From NCBI GenBank assembly GCA_027064425.1, contig JAMOPO010000015.1, positions 352,001 through 416,000 on the forward strand: a stretch of DNA of 64,000 nt. The letters run 5' to 3'. Origin of the DNA: Methanobacteriota archaeon (lineage in GTDB: Archaea > JAADCQ01 > Methanopyri > Methanopyrales > Methanopyraceae). The position numbers and the translations under genes are program-made. The number at the start of each line of letters is the position of its first letter. Position 1 is the first letter of the stretch. The notes beneath the pieces are model-generated. The model was given only the letters and a program-made list of their open reading frames with translations. It was not told the DNA's origin and ran no database searches. This document shows positions 49,017 through 58,454 of the stretch, piece after piece.

Positions 49017-49155
49017 ACCGGCCCGGGATTCGGCGGCCCGCCGGAGAACGATGACGGCGGGCGGAACCCGCCCGGTACATCCAGCCGGCGGGGCGGAGGC
49101 GGCCGGTCATACCGGCCGACCGTGACCGCCCCGTCCTTTGGGCCGGGCACAGCCC
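49017..49155 (+). ncRNA. Candidate two-hairpin H/ACA guide RNA
   Basis: Hairpin 1: GCCCGCCG/CGGCGGGC with GA..ATGA K-loop, ACA (49077) 14 nt later; hairpin 2: CGGGGCGG/CCGCCCCG with GA..TGA, ACA (49149) 15 nt later. Confidence 0.68.
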
Positions 49156-49182
49156 GGTCCTCACGCTGATTCTGCCGGATCC

Positions 49183-49545
49183 TCAAAACGTGAGCAGGTC
49201 CGCCGCGTCCTCTAGCTCCTCTCGGCACTCATCGCACGCCACCCGGCCGGTCACGCTCACCACGTCGTACCCAGACGGTGCCAGCCGGGCGTAGTACACG
49301 TTCGGCTTGTCCTCCAGGATCCTCCTGGCGGCCGACCTCACCAGCTCCTTGATCTTAGGCCCGAACACTTCCACGTCCTCCTTGACCAGGTTCCTGGTCT
49401 CCAGCGAGACGCCGACGCACCCGCAGGGCATCGCGAAGACCGTCAGCTGGAGCACCCCGACGGGCTTCCCCAGCAGGCTCGACAGGTTGGACTCGACCTG
49501 CTTCCGCACCTTAACCAGACTCGACGGACGCAGCCCGGGCGGCAT
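49183..49545 (-). CDS. Conserved methanogen protein with CGC and CxxC motifs (DUF5402-like)
   Basis: FAMPCGCVG, YARL, CDEC; overlaps U32 gene end. Confidence 0.65.
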   Translation of the reverse strand: MPPGLRPSSLVKVRKQVESNLSSLLGKPVGVLQLTVFAMPCGCVGVSLETRNLVKEDVEVFGPKIKELVRSAARRILEDKPNVYYARLAPSGYDVVSVTGRVACDECREELEDAADLLTF

Positions 49546-50527
49546 CGGCCAGTCCGCCCCGGAACCTTACGGCTCGTTCGGCCACCTCCTCGCAGAACCC
49601 GCACTCCGAGCACCGCTGGTCGCATCGACCCGCGCGCTCCAGCAGCCCGTCCAGCTCCCCGTTGTCCAGGTAGATCAGGTGCCGGAGCGTCGTCGGACAG
49701 TCCAGGATGTCGAGCAGGTTCCCGTCGTACTCGCGCCGGAGGTACGCCTCCACCGCGCGCTTGATCCATCGGATCGAGTTCGCCCTGCCCGCGATCTTGA
49801 ACGTCTCCACGCCCAGCCTCCGGTACTCGTCCAGGTCCTCCGGTCGCACGAAGGGCTGCTGGACGAGCAGCACCGGGTTGTTCACGCGCTCCGAGACGCA
49901 CCGGACGTAGTACGAGTCCTCGGTGACGCCCGCCCCGGCCCTGGTCGCGTGGGAGAACAGGCAGAAGTGGTACGGCCGGTAGGGGCAGTCCGGCAGGCAG
50001 CCCTCGTTCACGATGACTCGAAGCCGGGCGGAGACCTCGCTCGCGATGGCCTCAATCACGTCCAGTCGCCGGTTAACGTTCGTGTCCAGGGTGATCTCGT
50101 CCACGCCCAGCTCGTCGTAGTACCGGGCCCGCTGGGGTGTGTTCACCTCCGAGATGCATGAAACGGACACGCGGAACCCGCGCTCGACGGCGCGCTGGAT
50201 CAGGAGCGGGTCCGACAGCACGAGACGCTCCACGCCGACGTCGTCGAGCTCGGAGAGCGTGCGCTCGAACTCCGAGAACCCGTCCCTGCTGGAGATTACC
50301 TCGGCCGTGCAGAGCGGGTTCATCACGACCTCCAGGTCGACGTCGTGCGAGTCGCACGTCTCGGCCACGGTCTCGACCGTGTCCACGTCCACTTGGACGA
50401 CGGTCGCCCGGCCGGTGCCCAGGCTGGGGAGGCCCATGTAGACTCGGGTGACCTCGGACTCGTCGGAGAACCAGCCCAGGAGACGCTCGGTGGCGTCAGG
50501 GTCGCCCGGGGTGGGGATCGAGAACAC
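49511..50527 (-). CDS. U32 'peptidase' family Fe-S protein
   Basis: VLSDP, VNEGCLPDCPYR..H, FVRPEDL, FKIAGR, C-terminal CxxxCxxCxxC. Confidence 0.85.
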   Translation of the reverse strand: MFSIPTPGDPDATERLLGWFSDESEVTRVYMGLPSLGTGRATVVQVDVDTVETVAETCDSHDVDLEVVMNPLCTAEVISSRDGFSEFERTLSELDDVGVERLVLSDPLLIQRAVERGFRVSVSCISEVNTPQRARYYDELGVDEITLDTNVNRRLDVIEAIASEVSARLRVIVNEGCLPDCPYRPYHFCLFSHATRAGAGVTEDSYYVRCVSERVNNPVLLVQQPFVRPEDLDEYRRLGVETFKIAGRANSIRWIKRAVEAYLRREYDGNLLDILDCPTTLRHLIYLDNGELDGLLERAGRCDQRCSECGFCEEVAERAVRFRGGLADAARAASVESG

Positions 50528-50616
50528 GAGGTGCCCCTCGTGCGCCGGTGGGTGGCGAAACGTTCAAGTGGGCTGTTTGTTTCCGGAAACGGGTCTTGGT
50601 ATCAACAAGTGAGTCT

Positions 50617-51093
50617 TCACTCCGCTTCCCTCATACCCAGCCGCTCGAGCGCCCGCCGGACCTCCCGTTTCATCGCCTCGCGGACGGGCAGCCCGTGCAG
50701 CACGTGGGGAGGAGAGAGGGCGGCCGTCAGGATCCGGCACCGGTCGTCCACGAAGACGGTCATCGCTCCGGAGCCCGGGGCGCCGAGGCGGCCCCGCGCG
50801 ATCACGACGTCGGCGTCCGAGGTTTGGACGCCCAGCAGAGCCTTGAAGAGGGCGGGGCATGGGGTCGCGTCCGCCATCTCGGTGGGCACCTTGTGCATCT
50901 CCGCCTCCGGGAGCCCGAAGGCGCTCAGGACCTCGTTAACCGCCTCGAGCTTCTCCCGGTTGGAGGTGACCACGGCGATCCGGGCGGACCGCAGCCGCTC
51001 GCGGATGGCTCGGACCTCCTCCTCACGGTCACCCCGCCGGCGGCCCTCGCTCGACTCCCGGACGGCGCGGAGCAAGAGCTCGCCGAGGCTCAA
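50617..51093 (-). CDS. hcgB: FeGP cofactor guanylyltransferase HcgB
   Basis: RRGDREEE, AD.T.CPA..KAL, ARGRLGAPGSG, LSPPHVLH. Confidence 0.9.
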   Translation of the reverse strand: MSLGELLLRAVRESSEGRRRGDREEEVRAIRERLRSARIAVVTSNREKLEAVNEVLSAFGLPEAEMHKVPTEMADATPCPALFKALLGVQTSDADVVIARGRLGAPGSGAMTVFVDDRCRILTAALSPPHVLHGLPVREAMKREVRRALERLGMREAE

Positions 51094-52625
51094 CAGACCG
51101 GCTTGGCCCCCGTCTTCTCCGCGAGCGCCCGCGCCACCCCGGGCATCACCGCGGTCACCAGGGCCTCGTCCGCCTCCTCCACGGCCCGCTTGTCGTCACC
51201 CATCATCCCGTGCACGGTCGCGTCCAGCTCCTCGTTGAGCAGCCTCACCGTGACTCGCTCCACCCACGCGTCCGGGTCGCTGATGAGGATCTCCGAGACT
51301 CCGGCCTCGTCCAGCGCCTTGGCGAGTCCCCAGGCCGGGAACCGGCCGCCCAGGAGGGCCACCGTCTCTCCCTCCACCTCCCGGGCGATCTCCTCCACGC
51401 TCCTGACCTCGGACTCAAGCTCCCGGGCCCGGCCGGATCGCAGGGCGGCGACCCAGTGAGCGTCGCCGATGGGGATGCCGGCAACGTCGTTCGGGTAGAG
51501 CAGCTCCTCACCGAGCATCAGGGAGGCGCGAACGATGCCGTCAAGCTCCTCCCAGCCGGCCGGGACGCTGGTCTGACCGTACCGGCGCCCGAAGACGCGC
51601 CGCATGATCGCGAAGACCTTGGGCAGGCCGAAGTTACCTCGGCGAGCGGTGCCGGGCTCGTAACCGACCATGTACCCGTGATGATTCTTCGGGAACCCGG
51701 ACAGGGCCCCGTTCAGCCCCGCCTGCAGGCCCGCGACGAGCTCGTCCTCGTAGGCCCCGTTCGTGATCACCACCTTGCCCGGGACGAGGATCCTGGCGGC
51801 GACAACGGCCCTCCGGAAGGCCGTCAGACGGTCGTCGGCGCGGTTGAAGGGTCCTCCCTCGATGGCGAGGTAGTCGACCTCCAGCTCCTCGATCGCCGCG
51901 CGGAGCCCGTCCGCCAGGTCGTCCTCGCCGTCGCCCACGTGCAGAATGGCGCCGGTGCCGGCCCCGACCTCCCGCGCCGTCTCCACCACCTCCCGCATCT
52001 CCTCGAGCGGGGCGGCGTGCCCCTCCGCGTCCTGGCCGCCCTCCCCCGTGACGTTGACGCACACGGAGGAGGCGACCTCGAGCCACTCACGCAGCTCTTC
52101 CTCCTGCTCGCGCTCCTTATCCAGCAGCCGGCGGTGGATCCGGCCGCGGGGGCACTCCTTGAAGGGCGGTCCCTGAAGGTAGCACGTGCCCTCGCACGCG
52201 GTGATGTCCTTGGGGAACCGCATCGGACCGTTCGCGCCGATGTGGTCCACGTCGACGGGCACTCGGACGCTGTTCACGAGGCGGCGGAAGAGCTCGATCG
52301 GCCGCATACCCTCGCGCTCGGCGGCGTCGGCCACGGCGTAGGCGCACACGTGCAGGCACATGCCCATGCGGTCGGTCAGCTCGGCGTTCGCCAGAATGGT
52401 GTCCGGGCTGTAGTCGGAGGCGCACGGACCCACGGCGATCTCGATCAGGTCGCAGCCGATCGGGAAGGTACGGAGGTTGTCCCCGAGCGCCTCCAGCTCG
52501 CGGTCCGAGAGCTCGCATAGGTCCGTCACGAGCTCGTCCACGTCGATCTTGCCCTCGTAGGCCATCCGCTTCAGCTCGAGTGCTGCATCGAGAGACTCGC
52601 ACGCCTCTCTAAGCAGGTCAAGCAA
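51090..52625 (-). CDS. hcgG: FeGP cofactor biosynthesis protein HcgG
   Basis: FPIGCDL, GPCAS, HVCAY, GPMRFP, CPRGRIH, EGGPFN, GFPKNHHGYM; 511 aa in hcg cluster. Confidence 0.88.
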   Translation of the reverse strand: MLDLLREACESLDAALELKRMAYEGKIDVDELVTDLCELSDRELEALGDNLRTFPIGCDLIEIAVGPCASDYSPDTILANAELTDRMGMCLHVCAYAVADAAEREGMRPIELFRRLVNSVRVPVDVDHIGANGPMRFPKDITACEGTCYLQGPPFKECPRGRIHRRLLDKEREQEEELREWLEVASSVCVNVTGEGGQDAEGHAAPLEEMREVVETAREVGAGTGAILHVGDGEDDLADGLRAAIEELEVDYLAIEGGPFNRADDRLTAFRRAVVAARILVPGKVVITNGAYEDELVAGLQAGLNGALSGFPKNHHGYMVGYEPGTARRGNFGLPKVFAIMRRVFGRRYGQTSVPAGWEELDGIVRASLMLGEELLYPNDVAGIPIGDAHWVAALRSGRARELESEVRSVEEIAREVEGETVALLGGRFPAWGLAKALDEAGVSEILISDPDAWVERVTVRLLNEELDATVHGMMGDDKRAVEEADEALVTAVMPGVARALAEKTGAKPVC

Positions 52626-53650
52626 GCCTCCCTACCCTCCTCAACGCTTAGTACGGGCTTGAGACCGGCGTCCTCGATGAGCTCGATTACCCGGTCGAGG
52701 TTGCCCGTGCGCGGGCTCCCCACGCCCTTAACCTCGTGCGGATGGTTGTCCGGGATGACCGTCGCGAGGTTGTCCGCCCCCGCCATCAGGGCCACCTGCA
52801 CCTCCTCGGGACCGATCGTCGGGGTCGGTGCGGTGATCATCAGGTCCGGGTACATCAGCCGGGCCACCGCCATCACCCGAGCCTGCTCCAGGAGCGGGCA
52901 CCTCGGGTGATCCTCCATCGGGGTCCCGCGGTACGGGTTGAACCCCATGATCGGGATCTCCATGAGCGTCTCGAACCGGGCCAGGAACCGCAGGTGCCGG
53001 GCCCGATCCTCGCGGGACTCCCCGATGCCCACGAGGAGTCCACTCGAGAGGCCGATCCCGTGCTCGCACACGAGCTCGCAGACCCGGATCCGAGCGTCCA
53101 GGTCGTCGCCTGGCTTCAGGCGCTCGAAGAGCTCCCGGTTGATCGTCTCGAGATTGCAGCAGACGGTCTCCACGCCCAGCTCCCGAAGCTCCCGGACCGT
53201 CTCACGGGACAGGTCGTGGCCGAAGTTGATCAGGACGAGGAGGTCCGTGTTCTCTTTCACCGCCCTCGCCGCCATGACGGCGAGCCGACCACCGTCACCC
53301 CGGTACGCGCCCGAGCAGCTCACGCGCGGGATGCCGGCCTCCTCGATCGCCTGGGCGGCCTCGGCCACCTCCTCGTAGGATCGTGTGAAGGGTCGGTCGT
53401 AGCCCTCCGGCGAGGCGCCGGCCGCGAACCCGCAGAACGCGCATCTAGGGCGGACCTTGCACTCGTTCGTCACGTGAACGGTGGACGTCAGCATCACCCG
53501 CTCGCCTCGGTGCTGTAGCCGCTCCTCGAAGGCGGTACGGAACAGGTCGTGAACGCGCGGACCCTTCGCGGAGAGCAGCCGCACTATCGCCTCCTCGTCG
53601 GCCTGGTGGCGGTCAGTCCGCACCTCGCGCAGGGCCCGCTTGAACCTCAA
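52571..53650 (-). CDS. hcgA: Radical SAM HcgA (HmdB)
   Basis: Atypical CX5CX2C (CKVRPRCAFC), CCNLET, MGFNPY. Confidence 0.92.
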   Translation of the reverse strand: MRFKRALREVRTDRHQADEEAIVRLLSAKGPRVHDLFRTAFEERLQHRGERVMLTSTVHVTNECKVRPRCAFCGFAAGASPEGYDRPFTRSYEEVAEAAQAIEEAGIPRVSCSGAYRGDGGRLAVMAARAVKENTDLLVLINFGHDLSRETVRELRELGVETVCCNLETINRELFERLKPGDDLDARIRVCELVCEHGIGLSSGLLVGIGESREDRARHLRFLARFETLMEIPIMGFNPYRGTPMEDHPRCPLLEQARVMAVARLMYPDLMITAPTPTIGPEEVQVALMAGADNLATVIPDNHPHEVKGVGSPRTGNLDRVIELIEDAGLKPVLSVEEGREACLTCLERRASLSMQHSS

Positions 53651-54332
53651 CCTCGGTCCCCCAGGGGCAGCGTGGGTCGACCAGCTCGACCTCGACCGGG
53701 AGCCGCTCGTCCAGCTCGCGTCGCAGCTCCCGGAGCCCGGGCAGCTCGGTGGCGGCGTGGGTGGCGTCCACGCAGCTCACGCCCAGAAGCCGGGCTCGGA
53801 GCGCCACGTGGTGGGTCAGGTCCCCGGACACGACCACGCGGGCGCCGACCTCCGCCGCCAGCTCCACGAAGTCGGGCTTTGACAGGCCGAAGCCGGGGAC
53901 GACGAGGACCCGGGACGCGTCGACCGTGGTCCTCACCACGCGCAGCTCCGGCGGTTCGAGCTCCGCCACCCGGTCCAGCAGCTCGGGCAGGGTGCCGTCG
54001 AACGAGCCCACCGCGGCGAGGTCGTGGGGGCGCTCGACGTCCTTCAGGCCGAGGAACTCGGCCAGGGCGGTGGCCCCGCTGACGGCGTCCCAATTGGAGT
54101 GGCAGACGATGATCGGGAAGCGGGCGTCCCGGAGCGGCTCCGGGACGGGGTGGTGGGACACGACGAGCGTGGACTCGGGGATCCTGCGGGCGAGGTCGGG
54201 GAGGAGGTCCAGGCAGACCAGGACACGCTCGATCTCCTGGGACTCAGACCCGTTAACGAGGCCCACCTCGTCCCCCTCCACGGCGCGGTCGAAGGGGGCG
54301 AGCTCGTCGAGGAGGTCCAGGACTTCGCCCAC
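53613..54332 (-). CDS. hcgD: Nif3-like di-metal protein HcgD
   Basis: SHHP, HSNWD, SGDLTHH, HAATELPGL; GTG start 54332. Confidence 0.88.
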   Translation of the reverse strand: MGEVLDLLDELAPFDRAVEGDEVGLVNGSESQEIERVLVCLDLLPDLARRIPESTLVVSHHPVPEPLRDARFPIIVCHSNWDAVSGATALAEFLGLKDVERPHDLAAVGSFDGTLPELLDRVAELEPPELRVVRTTVDASRVLVVPGFGLSKPDFVELAAEVGARVVVSGDLTHHVALRARLLGVSCVDATHAATELPGLRELRRELDERLPVEVELVDPRCPWGTEVEVQAGPARGAD

Positions 54333-54333
54333 G

Positions 54334-55095
54334 CTAACTGCGCTCTCGGACCTCGAACATGAGCTCATCCAGGACTTCCCCGAGCACCTCGTCCGGGTCC
54401 ACGGCTCCCTGAAGCTGGGAGACGGTCACCGCGGGTCGCTCCTTGGCCCGCTCGACACCCTCCTCGGGGCGCTTGTAAACGAAGGTCCAGCGCTCCAGGT
54501 TGACGATCCCGGGGATCGCGTACAGGACGCCGTAGTGCCGCTCCAGCCGGTTGGCCGCCTCCCGCACGACCCGGATGGAGAGGGAGAACGTGCCGGAGGT
54601 CTTGACCTCGAACGGGGCGTCCATGAGCCGGAGCTCGTAGGACTCGACGCCGGCCTCCAGCCGCTCCTCGGTCTCGTTATGCTCCTCCACGCGCGGGTCG
54701 TTGAGCGTGCCCTCCGGGTTCTCCACGACGAGGATCTCGGGCTCGAGTCGCCGGAGCGTGCGCGGATCCACGCCGCCCAGCCCGGTAAAGTCGAGGACCA
54801 CGTCGTACCGGCCCGGAGGCGGGATGCGGGCGGCCCGGAAGCGGACCTCGTCCGGGAGCAGATCCTCGACCACGGGCTCGGGATCGAGCACGGTTACGTC
54901 GTGGCCTTCCTCAACCAGAAGCTCGGACACGAAGACGCCGGTGAGGTAGCCGCCAAGAACGAGCACCCGGGCGTCCTCGGGGACGACCTCGAGGACCTCC
55001 TCGGCCTTAAGGTAGCCGATCTCCTTGACGACGTCCCAGAACGGTCGCGAGGCCACGGTTTCGGTGAGGTCCGTGATACCGCGCTCGCCTCGCAA
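54334..55095 (-). CDS. hcgC: SAM-dependent methyltransferase HcgC
   Basis: ERGIT, GGYLTG, DFTGLGG, KTSGTFSLS. Confidence 0.88.
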   Translation of the reverse strand: MRGERGITDLTETVASRPFWDVVKEIGYLKAEEVLEVVPEDARVLVLGGYLTGVFVSELLVEEGHDVTVLDPEPVVEDLLPDEVRFRAARIPPPGRYDVVLDFTGLGGVDPRTLRRLEPEILVVENPEGTLNDPRVEEHNETEERLEAGVESYELRLMDAPFEVKTSGTFSLSIRVVREAANRLERHYGVLYAIPGIVNLERWTFVYKRPEEGVERAKERPAVTVSQLQGAVDPDEVLGEVLDELMFEVRERS

Positions 55096-55138
55096 GCGCC
55101 GCCCCGGGCGGAGGTAGGGTTGGGGGGATAAAAAGCGG

Positions 55139-56215
55139 TTACTCGGCCTTCTTGGAGTACTCCTCGAGGACCTTCAGCGCCTTCGGCAGCAGGTCGGACT
55201 CCGCCAGCGGGCCGAAGTTCATGGAGTCGGCGGTGTTCGTCAGCGCGGCCGGGTCCAGACCCTCCTCTAGCTTGTCCAGGCCCTGCTCCTCCATGTACTT
55301 CGCCATCATCTTCAGCGCCTCGGCGGCCATGTTCTGCGTGAAGTCCACCGGCGCGCCCAGCTGCTCGGTGCACGCGTCCCGGAACGTCAGCAGCGCGGCG
55401 TAGACGATGGCGGTCACCGCGCTCGCCATGTCGCACACCGGGCCCAGCAGGTAGCCCGGGACCTTGAACGCCAGCCCGCGAGCCTTCTTACCCAGCTCGT
55501 AGACCGCGTCCACGACCTCCTCGTCCGCGTAACCCTCCGCCACGAACACCTGACCCTTGTGCTCCGGCACGGTCGCCGGGTGGTAGGACGTCACCTGCAG
55601 GTCGTCGCGGCCCAGGTCCTCGAACATCTCCTTGAACTGCCGCGTCGGGATCGTGCACGTGTTGGCGACCACGCACTCCTCCGGGATGTCGTCAACGATC
55701 CTCTTGAAGATCTTCGGCTGGACGCCGCCCTTCGGCAGCCACGAGATGATCAGGTCCGCGTCCTCCACGGCCTCGGAGTCGTCCGTCGTGATCTCGATCT
55801 TCAGCTTGTCCTCCATCTCCTCCGGCGTCAGGAAGTGGATCGCGCCCTCGGGCGGCTTAGGCACGTCGTCGGCGATGTCGTTCACGTAGTCCCGGATCTT
55901 CGGCATCACGTCCTCCGGATCGCCCTCCAGGTGCGCCTCGATGAACTCGTCCAGGTCGACGCCGCAGTCCTCCTCGATGTCCACGACGGTGAACCCATCC
56001 TCCTCGAACACCGGGTCCGAGACGATGACCTCGTCCACGCCGGCCAGGTGCTTGAGCTCGACCGCGTACGTGATGCTCGAGTGCGTCAGCGCGGCCTCCT
56101 TGATGCCCGTCTCGTCCGCGACCTCACACGCGCGCTTGAACGTCGTGATGCCCGTCGCCGCGTGCGTTCGCCAGCAGCCCGCGCCCAGAATGGCAACCTT
56201 CTCGAACTCGACCAT
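55139..56215 (-). CDS. hmd: [Fe]-hydrogenase Hmd (H2-forming methylene-H4MPT dehydrogenase)
   Basis: ILGAGCWRTHAATG, WLPKG, CTIP (Fe-ligating Cys), SYHP, GPVCDM, ADSMNFG. Confidence 0.96.
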   Translation of the reverse strand: MVEFEKVAILGAGCWRTHAATGITTFKRACEVADETGIKEAALTHSSITYAVELKHLAGVDEVIVSDPVFEEDGFTVVDIEEDCGVDLDEFIEAHLEGDPEDVMPKIRDYVNDIADDVPKPPEGAIHFLTPEEMEDKLKIEITTDDSEAVEDADLIISWLPKGGVQPKIFKRIVDDIPEECVVANTCTIPTRQFKEMFEDLGRDDLQVTSYHPATVPEHKGQVFVAEGYADEEVVDAVYELGKKARGLAFKVPGYLLGPVCDMASAVTAIVYAALLTFRDACTEQLGAPVDFTQNMAAEALKMMAKYMEEQGLDKLEEGLDPAALTNTADSMNFGPLAESDLLPKALKVLEEYSKKAE

Positions 56216-56309
56216 CCTGCCCACCCCGTCCGGGTCCCGACCGGAACTCGCGTTTTAGCGTATCGACCAGGGTCAAGGCTGAAAAGGCTAAAAGGGGTGG
56301 TACGCGCGC

Positions 56310-56867
56310 GTGCTCCGCGTGGCCACAGCCGAGTGCTTCACTCACGGATACGTCGGGCGGGAGATCCACGCCTCCGCGAGCGGCTACACCGGGGAGCTGG
56401 GGTCCGAGATCCTGGGCACGGAGTTGGAGGGACGCGTCTCGGTCGTGGCCGCCTGCTTCATCCCCACGATCTCCGGGCTCCGCGAGCTGCTCGGGGTCGA
56501 CCCGCCCGAGCCTGATTACACCACGAAATCCGGTGCGAAGGCCTACTCGGAGGAGAAGGATCGGGAAGTGGCCAAGCTCATGGCTCGGGCCGTGCGGGAA
56601 AGGACCGGCGCCGACGTGGGCATCGGCACGACCGCCGGGGTCGGCCGCGGGGCGATCTGCCTCGACGACGGCGAGGTGACCGTCGTGGCCCGGACCGACG
56701 TGCGCGCGAACCTGCTGAAGCCGGACGAGAGGATTCTGGAGCGGCAGCGACAGGGCATCCGCCGCGCGCTGAGGCTGTTCAAGGCGTACGTGGACGGCGA
56801 GCTCGAACGAGTGGTAAGAAAGGATTGGGTGGTCGAGGCCGAGGGCGTTACTCCGGATCCTCCATGA
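56310..56867 (+). CDS. hcgF: HcgF (UPF0254)
   Basis: VATAECFTHG, FIPT, GIGTTAGVGRG. Confidence 0.9.
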   Translation: MLRVATAECFTHGYVGREIHASASGYTGELGSEILGTELEGRVSVVAACFIPTISGLRELLGVDPPEPDYTTKSGAKAYSEEKDREVAKLMARAVRERTGADVGIGTTAGVGRGAICLDDGEVTVVARTDVRANLLKPDERILERQRQGIRRALRLFKAYVDGELERVVRKDWVVEAEGVTPDPP

Positions 56868-57705
56868 GCCGCCGCTTGGACAGCACCCGCCCGTCCGGGG
56901 CGTGCGGAGTCCGCAGGACGGCGTCGTTGGACTTCTCGATCTCGCGCGCCTCGTCGGCAAGCTTGGCGGCCTGACGCATCATCTCGTGCGCGGACGCGAC
57001 GATGGGCACGTACCGGTCCTTCTCCTGCTCCACGAAGCAGCCCTCGACGGTCACGTCCGCCACGTCCTCGGCGATCTCCAGCGCGGCCATCGCCTTCGCG
57101 CGCGCGTACGGGTTCTCGAACTCGTCCTTCAGCTCGTCCAGCAGCGTGTTCCGATCGATGACCAGCCGCGGCAGGTCGTCCTCGGTGACCTCGCCCTCCT
57201 TCGCCCGCTCGATGAGCTCGTCTAGGGCCCGCTGGACCAGCCTCAGGACGCCCGTGGCCGCGAGCGTTTTCACCAGGTCGGCGTTGTACACGGCCATCTC
57301 GACCGGGTCCAGGAACTCGCGGCGGGCGCCGATCATAGCGTCCGGCTTGACGAGGATGTACCCCAGCCCCTGCTCCTCCATCTCGTCCTTCACCTTCAAC
57401 CCCGGCGAGTCGCCGATGATCACGGCGGGGTAATCCGACTCCGAGAGCAGCTCCCGGGCCTTGGAGGGGCCGGGCGCGCCCGGGTTAGGGCCGCCGTACA
57501 CGATGAAGTCTGGCTCGAAGTCCTCCGCCAGGTCCAGCGCCGTCTGAACGACGTCCTCCACGTACTCCGGGTCCATCTTGACCGAGCTGCTCAGAATGCG
57601 GAACTCCACGTCCTCCCGGTCGGCGCGCTCGTCCAGGAGCATGTCAACTAGCATGGTCGTGCCAAGGTTCCCGCACTTGATGAAGATAGCCCGAGCCTCG
57701 GACAT
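56848..57705 (-). CDS. mtd: F420-dependent methylene-H4MPT dehydrogenase
   Basis: IKCGNLG, LDERADRED, MIGARREFLDP, ASAHEMMR, RTPH. Confidence 0.96.
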   Translation of the reverse strand: MSEARAIFIKCGNLGTTMLVDMLLDERADREDVEFRILSSSVKMDPEYVEDVVQTALDLAEDFEPDFIVYGGPNPGAPGPSKARELLSESDYPAVIIGDSPGLKVKDEMEEQGLGYILVKPDAMIGARREFLDPVEMAVYNADLVKTLAATGVLRLVQRALDELIERAKEGEVTEDDLPRLVIDRNTLLDELKDEFENPYARAKAMAALEIAEDVADVTVEGCFVEQEKDRYVPIVASAHEMMRQAAKLADEAREIEKSNDAVLRTPHAPDGRVLSKRRLMEDPE

Positions 57706-57729
57706 CGCGACGCCCCGAGCGCGTTGAAC

Positions 57730-57789
57730 CATCGGAAACTATCACGGGGTCGGTTCCTCCGTCATCGAAACGGCTATCACGGGGGTCGG
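57730..57789. repeat. Imperfect direct repeat between divergent mtd and hcgE
   Basis: CATCGGAAACTATCACGGGGTCGG and CATCGAAACGGCTATCACGGGGGTCGG. Confidence 0.6.
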
Positions 57790-57794
57790 GCGGC

Positions 57795-58454
57795 GTGGCC
57801 GGCGACGAGATCGCGGAGCTGGAGCGACGCAAGCGGCCCCGGGGAACCGTGCTGCTGTGCGGGGTGGGGCGGCTGGGGTTCCGCGTTTTCCTCAAGCTTT
57901 TGGAAACACATCGCGGAGGTCCAAAAACAATAGTGTGTGTGGACGGCCAGGAGGTGGAGCCGGACGACGTGATTCACCTACGGCACGGGGCCCGCGTGGG
58001 CGAGAACAAGGCCGAGTTCTGCGCGCGGCTGGGCCGCGCTCACCCGGACAGGGACGTCGTCGCCGTTCCGGAGTTCGTGCGGGAGGAGACCGCGGAGGGC
58101 CTGGTGGAGGAGTGGAAGCCGGACGCTGTGGTGGTCACGATCGCGGGCGGCCGCACCACGCCCATCACGGCCAGGCTGGCGCGCGCGGGCCGCGAGGTGG
58201 GGGCGACCACGATCAGCACCGGCGGGGTCTTCGGGTACGGGGGCGAGGAGGTGGAGGTGGTGAGGCTGAGGGAGGCCTCGGGGCCCGTGGCCGAGGAGCT
58301 CCGGGAGCTGGGGGCGCCGGATGATCACCTGCTGGTGACCACGGGGCGCTACATCCGGGACCCCGACCCGATCACCCCTACCGTGCTGGACCGCGTGGCC
58401 CGCCGGCTAGTGGAGGTGGCGTTGAGGTCGCTGCCCAGCCCTGAGGAGGAGTAG
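57795..58454 (+). CDS. hcgE: ThiF/E1-like adenylyltransferase HcgE
   Basis: GVGRLG, HRGG, DGQ, IAGG.T, IST.GVFG, IRD.DPITP. Confidence 0.88.
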   Translation: MAGDEIAELERRKRPRGTVLLCGVGRLGFRVFLKLLETHRGGPKTIVCVDGQEVEPDDVIHLRHGARVGENKAEFCARLGRAHPDRDVVAVPEFVREETAEGLVEEWKPDAVVVTIAGGRTTPITARLARAGREVGATTISTGGVFGYGGEEVEVVRLREASGPVAEELRELGAPDDHLLVTTGRYIRDPDPITPTVLDRVARRLVEVALRSLPSPEEE

